Positions 48,282 to 58,035 of a stretch of 64,000 nucleotides of DNA are shown in pieces. The notes below the pieces were generated by a model. The model saw only the letters and a program-made list of their open reading frames with translations, made no database searches and had not been told where the DNA came from. Both the position numbers and the translations under genes were made by a program. Positions within the stretch are counted from its first letter, which is position 1; the number at the start of each line of letters is the position of its first letter. Origin of the DNA: an uncultured Staphylococcaceae bacterium (GTDB taxonomy: Bacteria; Bacillota_I; Bacilli_A; RFN20; CAG-826). Where the stretch lies: NCBI GenBank assembly GCA_964497235.1, contig CAZCCJ010000009.1:2701-66700 (forward strand). Reading direction: 5' to 3'.

Positions 48282-48629
48282 TTTGCATGGAGTTGCCCAA
48301 TAGATCCCTAAGGATAAAGCACTGAGTTGAAAAGGGCTGCAAAACCCGCCGTTTCCCTGCAAAATGAGCGGTTTTGCTGAAACTGAACAAAGTTGTCCGC
48401 AGCATTTTTTGACATATAAGAAAAGGGGCGACCTCATATCTCTTCTTGATTTCTAAAAACGCCGCCGCGGCCCCGATAAGGAGACCTGAGATGAAAGGCA
48501 ATAGATATAAGAAGGATTTCTTGAAGGCCTTTCTTGAAGAAGGGGCGCTCCCGCTTTCGTTAATGAAAAGGACCAGAGTCTCTATTTATCCCCGCAAAAG
48601 TCGGCTTTTTTCTTGAAACGATGCTGCGA

Positions 48630-49532
48630 TCAGTCTTCCAGGATAGGCAATGCACCGAAATGGGACACGGCCTTGGCCCCATCCGCGTTGGCTTTGATTA
48701 GGATGCTCTCGTAGTCGACGACGCTTAAAGACATGAGATCCCCAACGGAGTCTAATTCCAAAAGGACGCGCGCGTAGAAGGCGTCGCCCGCTCCAGTCGT
48801 GTCGACGGGCTTCACGGAATGGGAAGAGACTTTTAAAGAGCCGTCGCGGGTAACGACCGCGCTGCCCTTGCTTCCATAGCTTACGAAGAGCAGGGATTTC
48901 CTCTTGAGCCTTTCCTTATGGAAGGCTTCCGCGTCCTCTTTCCCACAAAAGAAGCTGAGTTCGTCTTCGCTGAGTTTAAGCACGTCTACCATAGGGAAGA
49001 GCTTTCCATAGATTTCTTTCGTCTCTTCCTCGTCGCGGAAAATGTCTAAGCGGAGATTCGCGTCGAAGGAGACGAAAGCCCCTACTTTATGGCAATAGGA
49101 GATCGCTTTTCTTAAGAAGGACCTGCCTTCTTTCTTCGAGAGCAGCAAGGACCCAAAATGGACGAAATCCCCGGCCTTTATCCCTAGCGAATGGAGTCTG
49201 TCCTCGTCAAGGAGGTAATCCGCTCCAGGGGAGCGGAGGAAGCGGAAGGAGCGTTCCCCATTGTCTATAGTGACCACGGCCAAAGTGGTGTTCGCGCTTT
49301 TGCTTCTATCGAGGATCAGCCTTTTCAAAGGGTAGCGGGAGGCTTCTTTCGCGGCGAAATCGCCGAATTGGTCATCGCCAAGCACGCCATAAAAGGAGGA
49401 ATACCCACCATTCACGGCGATGTTCGCGGCGACGTTGAAAGGCGCCCCTCCTAGCTTCGCGTTTAGCTCTAAAGAATGGGATTTGTCCTCCCCGAACATG
49501 TCTAGAAGTATCTCTCCGATGCAATGAACCAT
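48630..49532 (-). CDS. scrK: PfkB-family sugar kinase, probably fructokinase
   Basis: IGEILLD, GGAPFNVA, FDANLR, VDTTGAGDAF; last gene of the fructan operon. Start at ATG 49532. Confidence 0.85.
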   Translation of the reverse strand: MVHCIGEILLDMFGEDKSHSLELNAKLGGAPFNVAANIAVNGGYSSFYGVLGDDQFGDFAAKEASRYPLKRLILDRSKSANTTLAVVTIDNGERSFRFLRSPGADYLLDEDRLHSLGIKAGDFVHFGSLLLSKKEGRSFLRKAISYCHKVGAFVSFDANLRLDIFRDEEETKEIYGKLFPMVDVLKLSEDELSFFCGKEDAEAFHKERLKRKSLLFVSYGSKGSAVVTRDGSLKVSSHSVKPVDTTGAGDAFYARVLLELDSVGDLMSLSVVDYESILIKANADGAKAVSHFGALPILED

Positions 49533-49551
49533 AGTCCTTACCTTCCTTTCT

Positions 49552-50532
49552 TCACGCGGTCTCCCCATGGACGTAAGTCACGGGGATCTCGTTCTTGTGG
49601 GGGACCTCCTCGCCTTTCATCAAGGAAAGGAGCAAGGAGACGACTTTCTTCCCCATCGCCTCGATGTCTTGCTTCATCGTCGAGACTTTTGGGTAATCCA
49701 CCATCTCATCGAGCGCCCCGTCGTAGCCGATCACCTTGAAGGAACTTGGCACGGAGAGGCCTCTTTTAGAGGCTTCTCTAACCAAAGACAAAGCGAGGTA
49801 GTCGCTGGAAGCGAAGCAGGCGTCGCTATCGCCGTAGCGGGCGAAGTAGCTTTCAGCGAAGCGTTTCTCTTCGCCATGGGCGATGTTCTCGAAAAGGTCG
49901 AGCCTTGGGAGATTCTTCTCATTGATGAAATCGAGGTAGGCCTGATGGCGGAGATTGACTTCGCTTTCCGTCTCAGGCTGACCCCCTAGGAAACCGATGC
50001 GCCTCGCGCCTTTTTGATAAAGCAAAGAGAGGGATTGCATCGTCGCCTGGTAGTTATTGGAGGTCACGAAGGGGACGGAATCGCTCAAGTGGCGGTCGAT
50101 GGTCACAACGGGTAGGTTGATCTCGAGCTTGGGGTAGACTTTGTGGGTGATGAAGACCGCCCCGTCCACGAGGCGTTCCTCGAACATTCTCCTCATCTCT
50201 TTCTCCTCTGCGACGTCGTCTTCGCTCAAAGCGAGGATCATCCGGTAGCCTTTCTTCGCGAGTTCCCTGCTGATTGTCTGGGCCATCGAGGAGAAGAAGG
50301 GGTGAGCGATGGTGGGGACGAAGAAAGCCACCACCTTGCTTTTGTGGCTACGCAAAACGCGGGCGGGATGGGAGGGCACATAGCCTAGCTTTTTCATCGC
50401 CGCCTGCACTTTTTCCTTCGCTTCCTTAGAGACGTAGCCGTTGCCGGAAGCGGCGCGCGAGGCGGTGCCTAATCCCACTCCAGCTTCGCGCGCGATGTCT
50501 TTGATGGAGATGGTCGTCGTTTTCTTAGTCAC
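49552..50532 (-). CDS. LacI-family repressor (ScrR-like)
   Basis: SIKDIAREAGVGLGTASR; VIGYDG. Confidence 0.95.
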   Translation of the reverse strand: MTKKTTTISIKDIAREAGVGLGTASRAASGNGYVSKEAKEKVQAAMKKLGYVPSHPARVLRSHKSKVVAFFVPTIAHPFFSSMAQTISRELAKKGYRMILALSEDDVAEEKEMRRMFEERLVDGAVFITHKVYPKLEINLPVVTIDRHLSDSVPFVTSNNYQATMQSLSLLYQKGARRIGFLGGQPETESEVNLRHQAYLDFINEKNLPRLDLFENIAHGEEKRFAESYFARYGDSDACFASSDYLALSLVREASKRGLSVPSSFKVIGYDGALDEMVDYPKVSTMKQDIEAMGKKVVSLLLSLMKGEEVPHKNEIPVTYVHGETA

Positions 50533-50533
50533 G

Positions 50534-52324
50534 TTAATCCTCTTTCTTGTGCTTGCGCTGCTTTAAGAAGAAGACGAAGGAGCCAACGGCAAGCAAAGCG
50601 GCTCCGGCGGTTACGATGAGGGCGCTTCCTTCGGAGGAAGAGACACTATTATGCAGCAGCCCTTTGACTTCGTTCACCGTAGCTTTCGTAATTCCTAACA
50701 TCGCCAAAGTCTCGGGGACCGTGCATTCGGCGTAGACGCCGGTTCCGTCGTTTTTGTTTAAGCCATAGTCGTGAGAGGCGTTGACGATTGCCTTCGCTCC
50801 GTCTGTGAGCCCGTCGTAATTGGCTTTCAATTTATTCAATTCATCGGAATCGCTTTTCACCCAACAGATGCTGCCTTCTTTGCGGAGGGATTTGAAGTAG
50901 GACATGAATTCGCTGGCTTTCTTTTGGTCATCGTTTGAATGGCTGGCGGTGCGGTATTTGATGACGCCTGATGCGCCATCGTAATCGGCATTGTAGTTGT
51001 TGTTGCCGCTTCCCAAAGTCGGGTTTGTGATCGCATCGCTTAACGCATTTATGTCGGGCGTTTCGTCGTAATTGGTCTTGATGTCATCGAAGAAGAGCAA
51101 GCCCCAATCGTTTGACTCTTGGCTTTGATCCATGAAGACCAAGTAGAGTTTTTCGCCGACGTAGCCGGTCAGATCGGCGACGACGTGCGTCAAAGTCCCT
51201 TGGCGACTGTCGCCCAAGCCATCGGCGACATAAGGGAAGGTGCCGACGTTATAGGCGTTGTTATCAAAATGGGCGAGCGTCGCTCCATCGGAGACACGCC
51301 TGACTTCGACAGCCGAAGATTTGCCGGCGATGGAATAGGAGATATATCCTTTGCCAGAGAGAGTGAAGGTCGTGCTGCGGAGGGAATAGGATTCTTTCTC
51401 TTCTAGCCCCGTGTTTTCATACCAGCCATCCCAATAATAGGTGCCGGTTTTGTTGGTCGGGATATTTTCGCCCCAATATGTTTCGGCGTTGCTCACCGAA
51501 GTATAGAGATTCGGCCTTGTCTCGCTAGAGACGGTCCAGCCGAGCGCGGTGCCGCTTTCGAATCCCGGATTGATGATACTATCGTCTCCGCTTTCGAAAT
51601 CGCTGGCAATCCTGGTGTAAAGCTCTTTCAAGCCAAGGCCGCATTTGTCGGTGAAATCTCCGCTGAAGCGGTCCTTTTCCACGTTGAACCTCGCTTTAAG
51701 CTCGGTCTTTGTTAAGCCGATTGCGATATCGTCGACCGTGATGCCTTTCAAACCTTGGGTGCCATCGGTCTGACGGATGACCAACTTCAGGCTCTTCCCA
51801 ATGCAATCGGGAAGCTGAATGAAGTTGAAGGCCAAGCATTCGGCGCGGCTTGTCTCGGAAGCATCCAAGAAATGGAGGTTCGTCAAACGCCCATATGATT
51901 TCCCGCTATCTTCCGAATCCACGACGTCTATATAAGAGGTTGAGTTGTTGCCTCCCCCGATTAAAGCGGAGATGTAGCCTTCCCCGCCAAGGGTGAAGCT
52001 GGGCGAGGTGATGGTCCCTGTCCAAGTCTCGGTGGTCTTATACATGTCCAGGAATTTGTCCCCGTTCCCATAGAAATGATGGCTGTCGTTCCAGAAAAAC
52101 GTGTTGCTGTCATTGAGAAGATCGGTTAAGGATTTCTCGTTATCGCTTATACTCCATCCTTCGAAGGGGTTTTCTCCCTCGAAGTCAAAGACGATGGAAC
52201 TTGCCCCGTCGGTTTTGGCCTGGATGGCCTTGCTAGAGGCGTTAGCGAGTCCTGCCCCGTAAAGGGTCGCGCCGAGAAGAGTTGCTGCGCTCAAGGCGAT
52301 GATGATTTTTTTGCCCATATTCAT
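50534..52324 (-). CDS. C-terminally anchored surface protein with two CBM38-like modules
   Basis: Signal peptide; INPGFESG...GW...TYWGENIPTNKTGTYYWDGW...DWGLLFFDD; C-terminal TM + KQRKHKK. Confidence 0.75.
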   Translation of the reverse strand: MNMGKKIIIALSAATLLGATLYGAGLANASSKAIQAKTDGASSIVFDFEGENPFEGWSISDNEKSLTDLLNDSNTFFWNDSHHFYGNGDKFLDMYKTTETWTGTITSPSFTLGGEGYISALIGGGNNSTSYIDVVDSEDSGKSYGRLTNLHFLDASETSRAECLAFNFIQLPDCIGKSLKLVIRQTDGTQGLKGITVDDIAIGLTKTELKARFNVEKDRFSGDFTDKCGLGLKELYTRIASDFESGDDSIINPGFESGTALGWTVSSETRPNLYTSVSNAETYWGENIPTNKTGTYYWDGWYENTGLEEKESYSLRSTTFTLSGKGYISYSIAGKSSAVEVRRVSDGATLAHFDNNAYNVGTFPYVADGLGDSRQGTLTHVVADLTGYVGEKLYLVFMDQSQESNDWGLLFFDDIKTNYDETPDINALSDAITNPTLGSGNNNYNADYDGASGVIKYRTASHSNDDQKKASEFMSYFKSLRKEGSICWVKSDSDELNKLKANYDGLTDGAKAIVNASHDYGLNKNDGTGVYAECTVPETLAMLGITKATVNEVKGLLHNSVSSSEGSALIVTAGAALLAVGSFVFFLKQRKHKKED

Positions 52325-52339
52325 TTCCTCCTTATAGGT

Positions 52340-54574
52340 TTATAGGCTATTGGTGGCTAATTGCCAAGGGATGGTTATGTCTTTGCCGTCATAATCCGCG
52401 TCGTAATTCGCACTGCTTTGATTGGAGACGGTTGCGTCTTTGACGGTATCTTTTAAATCGCTTAGATTCGGGGTGACCTCGTAATGGGTAACGACATCGT
52501 CGAAGAAGGCGATTCCCCAATCATTGGCGTGTCCTTCCTCGTCTATGAGGACGATGTAGAGATCCTCGCCCAAGTAAGAGGAAGCGTCGATCAGATAATG
52601 GGTCATGGTGGCGTATCTGGCGCCTTTGCCAAGGTAAGGGAAGGCATCCCCATCGTTGCGGTAAGCGGTGTTTTTGTATAGTCCAACCTGCGTGCCGTCT
52701 TGCTTATAGAGGGCCGCCATGGCGGCGTTTCCTCCCATGGCGAGGCTGATGTAGCCGCTGCCAGAAAGATGGAAGGTGGAGCTTCTAAGACAATAGCCTT
52801 TGCTTTCCTCCACGCCTGCGTTCCAACCGTTCCAGAAATAGGTGCCTTTTTTGTTGAAGGGGATCTGCTCGTCCCAATAGGTCGAAGCGTCGGAGATTCC
52901 CGCGGAAAGGCTCGCCTCCCCGCTTTCTAGCGTCCAGCCATCCGCGTTGCCGTTCTCGAAGCCGCCGTTTGTGACGTTCTCACTGCAGGTCGATTCGCTT
53001 ACCTCCAACTTGATTTTGGCAGTGGTGGTCTGCGAATAGGCATCGCTCAGCGAGAATTCGAATTCGTAGAAGCCCTTCTTGAGGTCGTAGGTTTCGCTTA
53101 TGTCGATGGCCTCGTCGTCTTTCTTAGCGGAGGTTATGGCCCAAACGAGGTCGTTATTCGCGGTGAAGTCGTCGCTATAGCTCACATTGCTCTTGATGTA
53201 AGTGAGCGCGTTCCAGCCGCTCATCGGGGATATCTTGCCTTTGTAGGCGTATCCTTCGCTCGCGACGATGCTTGGGGCCTCTCCGGCGAGGGGGAAGCTT
53301 TCCTTGTTGTTATATAGATCGAGATAATTGGACGCGTCGTCATAAGAGGCGACCTCTCCCTTCTCTTTCTCTAGGAGCGCTTTGATGTCTTCCGCGCTTT
53401 GATTGATGGCAAACTCGTCCGCGGTCAGGAAGGCGAAGCCGCCATCGCTTGCCGCGTCGCTGATCAAGAAATACATCACGTCGCCTTTGTACTCGCTGAC
53501 GTCGATGACGTTGAGAACGAGGTTATGGGCGAAGTCGGGATCGGAGAAGTAGGCGTTAGAGACGTTTTTGATCGTCTTGTTCTTAGTTACGTCGTAGATG
53601 CTGACCTCGGTCGTGCCTTGCTTCGCCCCGCCCAAATAGAAGGAGACGTAATCCTCGTTCTGCGTGAACTTCTCGCTGCGTAGCTTTCCGACTTTTGCTT
53701 CGCCATTAAGTAGTCCATTGAGGAAATAGTTCCCTTTGGCGTGGTATTCTCTGCTCTCCCAGAACTTTGCCGCGGAGACGTCGATTGAAGTCTCGTCGAA
53801 GGCGTTGCCCTCCACGACCTTCCATCCGGTGAGGTCGCCGGTCTCAAAGCCGCCGTTCCGGAGGCTCGTCGAGGTTGGGTCTTCCTCGAAATCGTCTTTG
53901 TATGTTGCTAGCTCGCTCTCTCTTTGGGCGATCGCTTTGGCTCTTTCCGAGCCGTTTTGAATGATTGAGAAGGCATCTAGATTGATATAGGAATAATCGC
54001 TAGCGAGGGAACTCGTATCGTTATCGGTGACTTTGATTTTGATGTTCTCGTCTAGATACTCGCTCAAGTCGACGTATTTGAGGATCATTTGGTCGGTGAT
54101 CGTCGAGCCGTTGAAGTCAATGTTACCGACTTTGCTCACGCTCTCCTTGCCTCCGTTGACGTAGAAGGAAAGAGGGGTGTCGTCGCCTTCTTTGAAGAAC
54201 TCGAGGTAGACTTTGCTTTGGTTTTTCCCCGCGCCCATGCGGAAACTTAGTAGCCCAAGGCCGTCCAAGGTGAAATAGTCGCTTTCCAAAGTGCCTGTGA
54301 AGGAGCCCATGGTCGCGCTGCCGCTGAAGAAATAGGATCCTTCCTTGAGGGAGGGGACGCCGTTGACGTCCGTCTCGTTCACTACGCAGGAATCGCTGAA
54401 AGCACCTAGTCCTTCTTCGTGCCAATTTGCGAGCCCGTCCTCGAAGGAGGAGTTCGCGAACTCGATGGGTTCGCTCTCTTTCGAAGAGGAGGAAGAGGCT
54501 GCCCGCTCTCCATTATTGCAGGAAAGCAAAAGGCAGGCTGTCAAAGGAAACAATAAAGAAGCTGTTTTTCTCAT
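52340..54574 (-). CDS. Non-catalytic lipoprotein with three CBM38-like modules
   Basis: Lipobox LLLSC; NSSFEDG..NW, NGGFETGDLTGW, NGGFENG..DGW; no GH32 motifs. Confidence 0.75.
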   Translation of the reverse strand: MRKTASLLFPLTACLLLSCNNGERAASSSSSKESEPIEFANSSFEDGLANWHEEGLGAFSDSCVVNETDVNGVPSLKEGSYFFSGSATMGSFTGTLESDYFTLDGLGLLSFRMGAGKNQSKVYLEFFKEGDDTPLSFYVNGGKESVSKVGNIDFNGSTITDQMILKYVDLSEYLDENIKIKVTDNDTSSLASDYSYINLDAFSIIQNGSERAKAIAQRESELATYKDDFEEDPTSTSLRNGGFETGDLTGWKVVEGNAFDETSIDVSAAKFWESREYHAKGNYFLNGLLNGEAKVGKLRSEKFTQNEDYVSFYLGGAKQGTTEVSIYDVTKNKTIKNVSNAYFSDPDFAHNLVLNVIDVSEYKGDVMYFLISDAASDGGFAFLTADEFAINQSAEDIKALLEKEKGEVASYDDASNYLDLYNNKESFPLAGEAPSIVASEGYAYKGKISPMSGWNALTYIKSNVSYSDDFTANNDLVWAITSAKKDDEAIDISETYDLKKGFYEFEFSLSDAYSQTTTAKIKLEVSESTCSENVTNGGFENGNADGWTLESGEASLSAGISDASTYWDEQIPFNKKGTYFWNGWNAGVEESKGYCLRSSTFHLSGSGYISLAMGGNAAMAALYKQDGTQVGLYKNTAYRNDGDAFPYLGKGARYATMTHYLIDASSYLGEDLYIVLIDEEGHANDWGIAFFDDVVTHYEVTPNLSDLKDTVKDATVSNQSSANYDADYDGKDITIPWQLATNSL

Positions 54575-54575
54575 G

Positions 54576-55961
54576 TCACTCTCCTTTTAAATTATGGAAT
54601 TCAAATTTCGAAATGGCGGCATTTCCGCTGAAGGAAATCTCATCCCCCTCCCCATGTGGATAGACGCTTCCAGAGGCAAGCGTGGCGCCACCGCTAAGCG
54701 AAAGCTCGAAGGCACTATGGTCGTTGATGAGCCTTAAGGAGATATTGGAAGGGTCCTTTAATGGCAAGTAGCGGAGGTCACGCTCGTCTGGCGAGAGCTT
54801 GCCGTCATAGAATTCTTTGCCGCTATGCGAGCGGTCGAGATAGAGCTTCTCTCCATCGTAGACGAGGGCCATCTCGTCCTTCTCGTCTTTTCTCCAGGCT
54901 AGGCGCCAAGGAGACGATGAGGGGTTTCTTAAAATGAATCTCATCTCGAAGAGATCCCCACATAGATGAAGGGCGTTGAAGGAAGATTCGTCGAGGCTTT
55001 CGCGCTTTAAGGAGCTCGCATGAAGCGAATCCAAAGGGATGATTTCCTGAATGAGGGAACCCCCTTTGAGGGATAGGAGACGAGGCAAGGTGAGCTTGCC
55101 CGCATAGCCTTCCTCCGCGGCGGGGTAGATTCTGTCCCAGCATTCCTGCCAGGCCATGAGCGTGTATTTCTTTTCTTTGTTCAAGAAGCATAACGGGGCA
55201 TAGAAGTCGTATCCGAAGTCTAGCTCTTTTGGGGAAGCCCCTTCTTCGGGGAAGAAGCGCCCTGAGGCGACGTCCATCTTGCCAAGAAGATAATAGGAGC
55301 CATGGATGTTACGACTGCTGTTGATGGGGTTTGTGAACTGCTTGGAGAAGATGAGCGCGTCCTTTGCTCCGAACCTGGCTAGACCAGGGCATTCGAACAT
55401 CCCTTCGCCAAGCGCTTCGTTCTCGTAGACGATGCCTCTATATTCCCAATGGGCGAGGTCCATTGAAGCGTAAAGCAAGATCTTGGACGCCCCGTTTTTG
55501 GCGGCGAGCAAGGCATAGAAACATTCTCCTTCCTTGAACAAGAAAGGGTCGCGGAAATCACGGAAATCGTATCCTTCGGGCAGCTCGGCGGAGGAAATGA
55601 CGGGGTTTTGCGTGTATTTTTCCAATTTCCCGTCTTCTTTCATAAAGGCGAGGCATTGCTGTTGGGCGCCATTAGCGACACCGGTATAAAGGAAGGCGAT
55701 CCCTTCGCCAAGACGGATCGCGCTGCCGCTGAAGCAGCCGAATTCGTTGTCGTAAGGCTGATCAGGCGCCATCGCGATGGGGAGTTCGGCGAAATGGAGA
55801 AGGTCTTTGCTTGTCGCGTGACCCCAGTGCATCGGCCCCCAAGAGGTGCCTTTGGGGTTATGTTGATAGAAGATATGGTAAAGCGAGCCGTCATAGACGA
55901 TGCCATTGGGGTCGTTCATCCAGCCTTGTTTGGGAGTGTAATGGTATAAAGGGCGATTCAT
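54576..55961 (-). CDS. Cytoplasmic GH32 beta-fructofuranosidase / sucrose-6-phosphate hydrolase-like
   Basis: WMNDPNG, WGHATS, FSGSA, FRDP, FECP, DFYA. Start at ATG 55961. Confidence 0.92.
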   Translation of the reverse strand: MNRPLYHYTPKQGWMNDPNGIVYDGSLYHIFYQHNPKGTSWGPMHWGHATSKDLLHFAELPIAMAPDQPYDNEFGCFSGSAIRLGEGIAFLYTGVANGAQQQCLAFMKEDGKLEKYTQNPVISSAELPEGYDFRDFRDPFLFKEGECFYALLAAKNGASKILLYASMDLAHWEYRGIVYENEALGEGMFECPGLARFGAKDALIFSKQFTNPINSSRNIHGSYYLLGKMDVASGRFFPEEGASPKELDFGYDFYAPLCFLNKEKKYTLMAWQECWDRIYPAAEEGYAGKLTLPRLLSLKGGSLIQEIIPLDSLHASSLKRESLDESSFNALHLCGDLFEMRFILRNPSSSPWRLAWRKDEKDEMALVYDGEKLYLDRSHSGKEFYDGKLSPDERDLRYLPLKDPSNISLRLINDHSAFELSLSGGATLASGSVYPHGEGDEISFSGNAAISKFEFHNLKGE

Positions 55962-55962
55962 G

Positions 55963-58035
55963 TCAAGAAACCTCCAGGTCGTAAGAGCGTAAATTTGAGA
56001 AAGAGGAAGTGGATCCTTCATTGAAGAAGCTCACCCCGTCGTCATCTTCCTTTGGGTAGCAAGTCGAGGTCATCGTGAAGGCGCCGTCGTTGACGAACAC
56101 CTCGACCGAGGAGTTATCGAGGAACATCCTGATTTTGATGGGGTTAGAGGGGTCCTCAATCTTGGCGTAGCGGATGCCATCTTGCCCAGAGGCGCTATTG
56201 CCACCGTCCATCGAGACGGTCATGTTTCTTCTGTCGAGATATAGGAGCCCGGTGCTCTTATCGAAGCCTAACTCCATGTAATGCTCGGTGTCAGAGAAGA
56301 AACGCACGCCGCTTTTGCCTGATGACATAGCGGAGGCGTCGAGCTCGAAGGAGATTTCTTTTCTTCTCCCTGCGAAGGAAGGGGCGTCCAGGGTTTCATC
56401 GGCCAAGTTGAAGTCGTCGAGTTTAGTCTCGTTTGTCCGGTAATTCTCAATCTCCTCGACAGGGGACTGGTAGATGCGACCGTCATGGAAAGAGAGAGAA
56501 CGTGGCAAGGTGAGGGAGCCGGCGTAGCCTTCGTTCGCGCTTGGGTAGGGGCGGGACCACATGTTCATCCAGGCGACGAGGATCGTCCTGCCTTTGCTGT
56601 CCTTGCTGCAAGTGGCCGCGTAGAAATCGAAGCCTTTGTCGAACTCGACGAGGTCGTCTTTCTTTTCCCCTTGGAAGGTGGCCGAGGAGAAATCGAGCGT
56701 GCCCAGCTGATAGGTGCAGGAGTGGATGTTCTGGTATTCCCCCATCTGGGAGGAAGAGAGGAACTGGGGGGAGGCGATGAGGACGCCTTGCCCGTCGATC
56801 GTCTCGTAATCCGGGCATTCGAAGAGGCCGCCTCCTGTGATTTCGCTGGAGTAGACGTCCCCAACGTATTCGTAAGGCCCCTCAACGCTAGAGGCTTTGT
56901 AGAGGACGACTTGTCCTCCCGCGGTCTTTAGTTTGCTACCGAGCAACGCGTAATAGGTGTCCCCGATTTTCATGAAGGCGGGATCGCGGAAATCGCTCAC
57001 CAAGCCGTCTTTGGGGGACATGATGCTCGAAATGACGGGGTTCTTGGTTGACTTGCTGAAATGGATGCCGTCGCTGCTAGTGGCGATGGCTTGCTGCTGC
57101 TTGCCAGGGGAGACGGCGGTATAAAGGAGGGTGGTTTTCCCCTCTTCGTAGATGGCTCCGCCGCTAAATACGCCATCGCAGTCGTAGGATTCGTCTGGGG
57201 CGAGGGCGATTGGATCGTCCTCCCACTTGATGAGGTCTTCGCTGTGGGCGTGTCCCCAGTGCATGCTGCCCCAGCTCGCGTCATAGGGATAGCACTGATA
57301 GAAAAGCTCCGCTCCGCGCGAAGAGAAGTGGAAGCCGTTGGGGTCGTTCATCCACCCTAGGGGCGGGGCAAAATGATAGCTAGGGCGATAGATTCCTTTG
57401 CTGGTTGGCTTGTTGCGTTCGACATAACGGTTCGCGTCGTTAAGCAACCCACCTTCCTCGTTTTCTACGTAGCCTAGCTTCAGATCGTCGAAAAGAACGG
57501 CTCCGTATTGGGTGGCGGTGCTATCGCCGTCTACGATCTTTAGCCTCACCGCCTTGTTCGCGTATTTGCTGGGGGCCTTGAGACATAACCTATGCATGGC
57601 GTAGCTAGGATGATCGGAATCATAGGCGTCGTTGCTGATGGCGGCGATTTCTTTGCCGTCGACATCGGTTAAGGCGACGTAGCATTTCTCTTTGTTCGCC
57701 GCTCCTCCGAGTTTGAAATTCACGCAACGGTCCTCCCCCAAAACGAAGGGATCGGAAAGGAGGGAGCCAGTCGCGGTGAGGGCGTTATATTCCCCATTCA
57801 GATACCATTGTCCCTCAATGAAGAGGCGCTTCTTGTCGCCGCTATTTGTGTCGATGGCATCTTCGAAAGCATTTCCTTCTTTGCTCCAGCCAGTGAAGCT
57901 ACCGGATTCGAAGCCGCCGTTTATGATGTCGGAGGCTTCTTGCGATGAAGAGGATTTCTCCCCTTGGGGCCCGCTTGAGCAAGAAAGGAGGATCGAGGCG
58001 AAGGGAATCAAGAAAAGGGAGGCCTGTTTTTTCAT
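55963..58035 (-). CDS. Lipoprotein: CBM38-like module + GH32 fructosidase
   Basis: Lipobox LLSC; INGGFESG; WMNDPNG, FSGG, FRDP, FECP. Confidence 0.92.
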   Translation of the reverse strand: MKKQASLFLIPFASILLSCSSGPQGEKSSSSQEASDIINGGFESGSFTGWSKEGNAFEDAIDTNSGDKKRLFIEGQWYLNGEYNALTATGSLLSDPFVLGEDRCVNFKLGGAANKEKCYVALTDVDGKEIAAISNDAYDSDHPSYAMHRLCLKAPSKYANKAVRLKIVDGDSTATQYGAVLFDDLKLGYVENEEGGLLNDANRYVERNKPTSKGIYRPSYHFAPPLGWMNDPNGFHFSSRGAELFYQCYPYDASWGSMHWGHAHSEDLIKWEDDPIALAPDESYDCDGVFSGGAIYEEGKTTLLYTAVSPGKQQQAIATSSDGIHFSKSTKNPVISSIMSPKDGLVSDFRDPAFMKIGDTYYALLGSKLKTAGGQVVLYKASSVEGPYEYVGDVYSSEITGGGLFECPDYETIDGQGVLIASPQFLSSSQMGEYQNIHSCTYQLGTLDFSSATFQGEKKDDLVEFDKGFDFYAATCSKDSKGRTILVAWMNMWSRPYPSANEGYAGSLTLPRSLSFHDGRIYQSPVEEIENYRTNETKLDDFNLADETLDAPSFAGRRKEISFELDASAMSSGKSGVRFFSDTEHYMELGFDKSTGLLYLDRRNMTVSMDGGNSASGQDGIRYAKIEDPSNPIKIRMFLDNSSVEVFVNDGAFTMTSTCYPKEDDDGVSFFNEGSTSSFSNLRSYDLEVS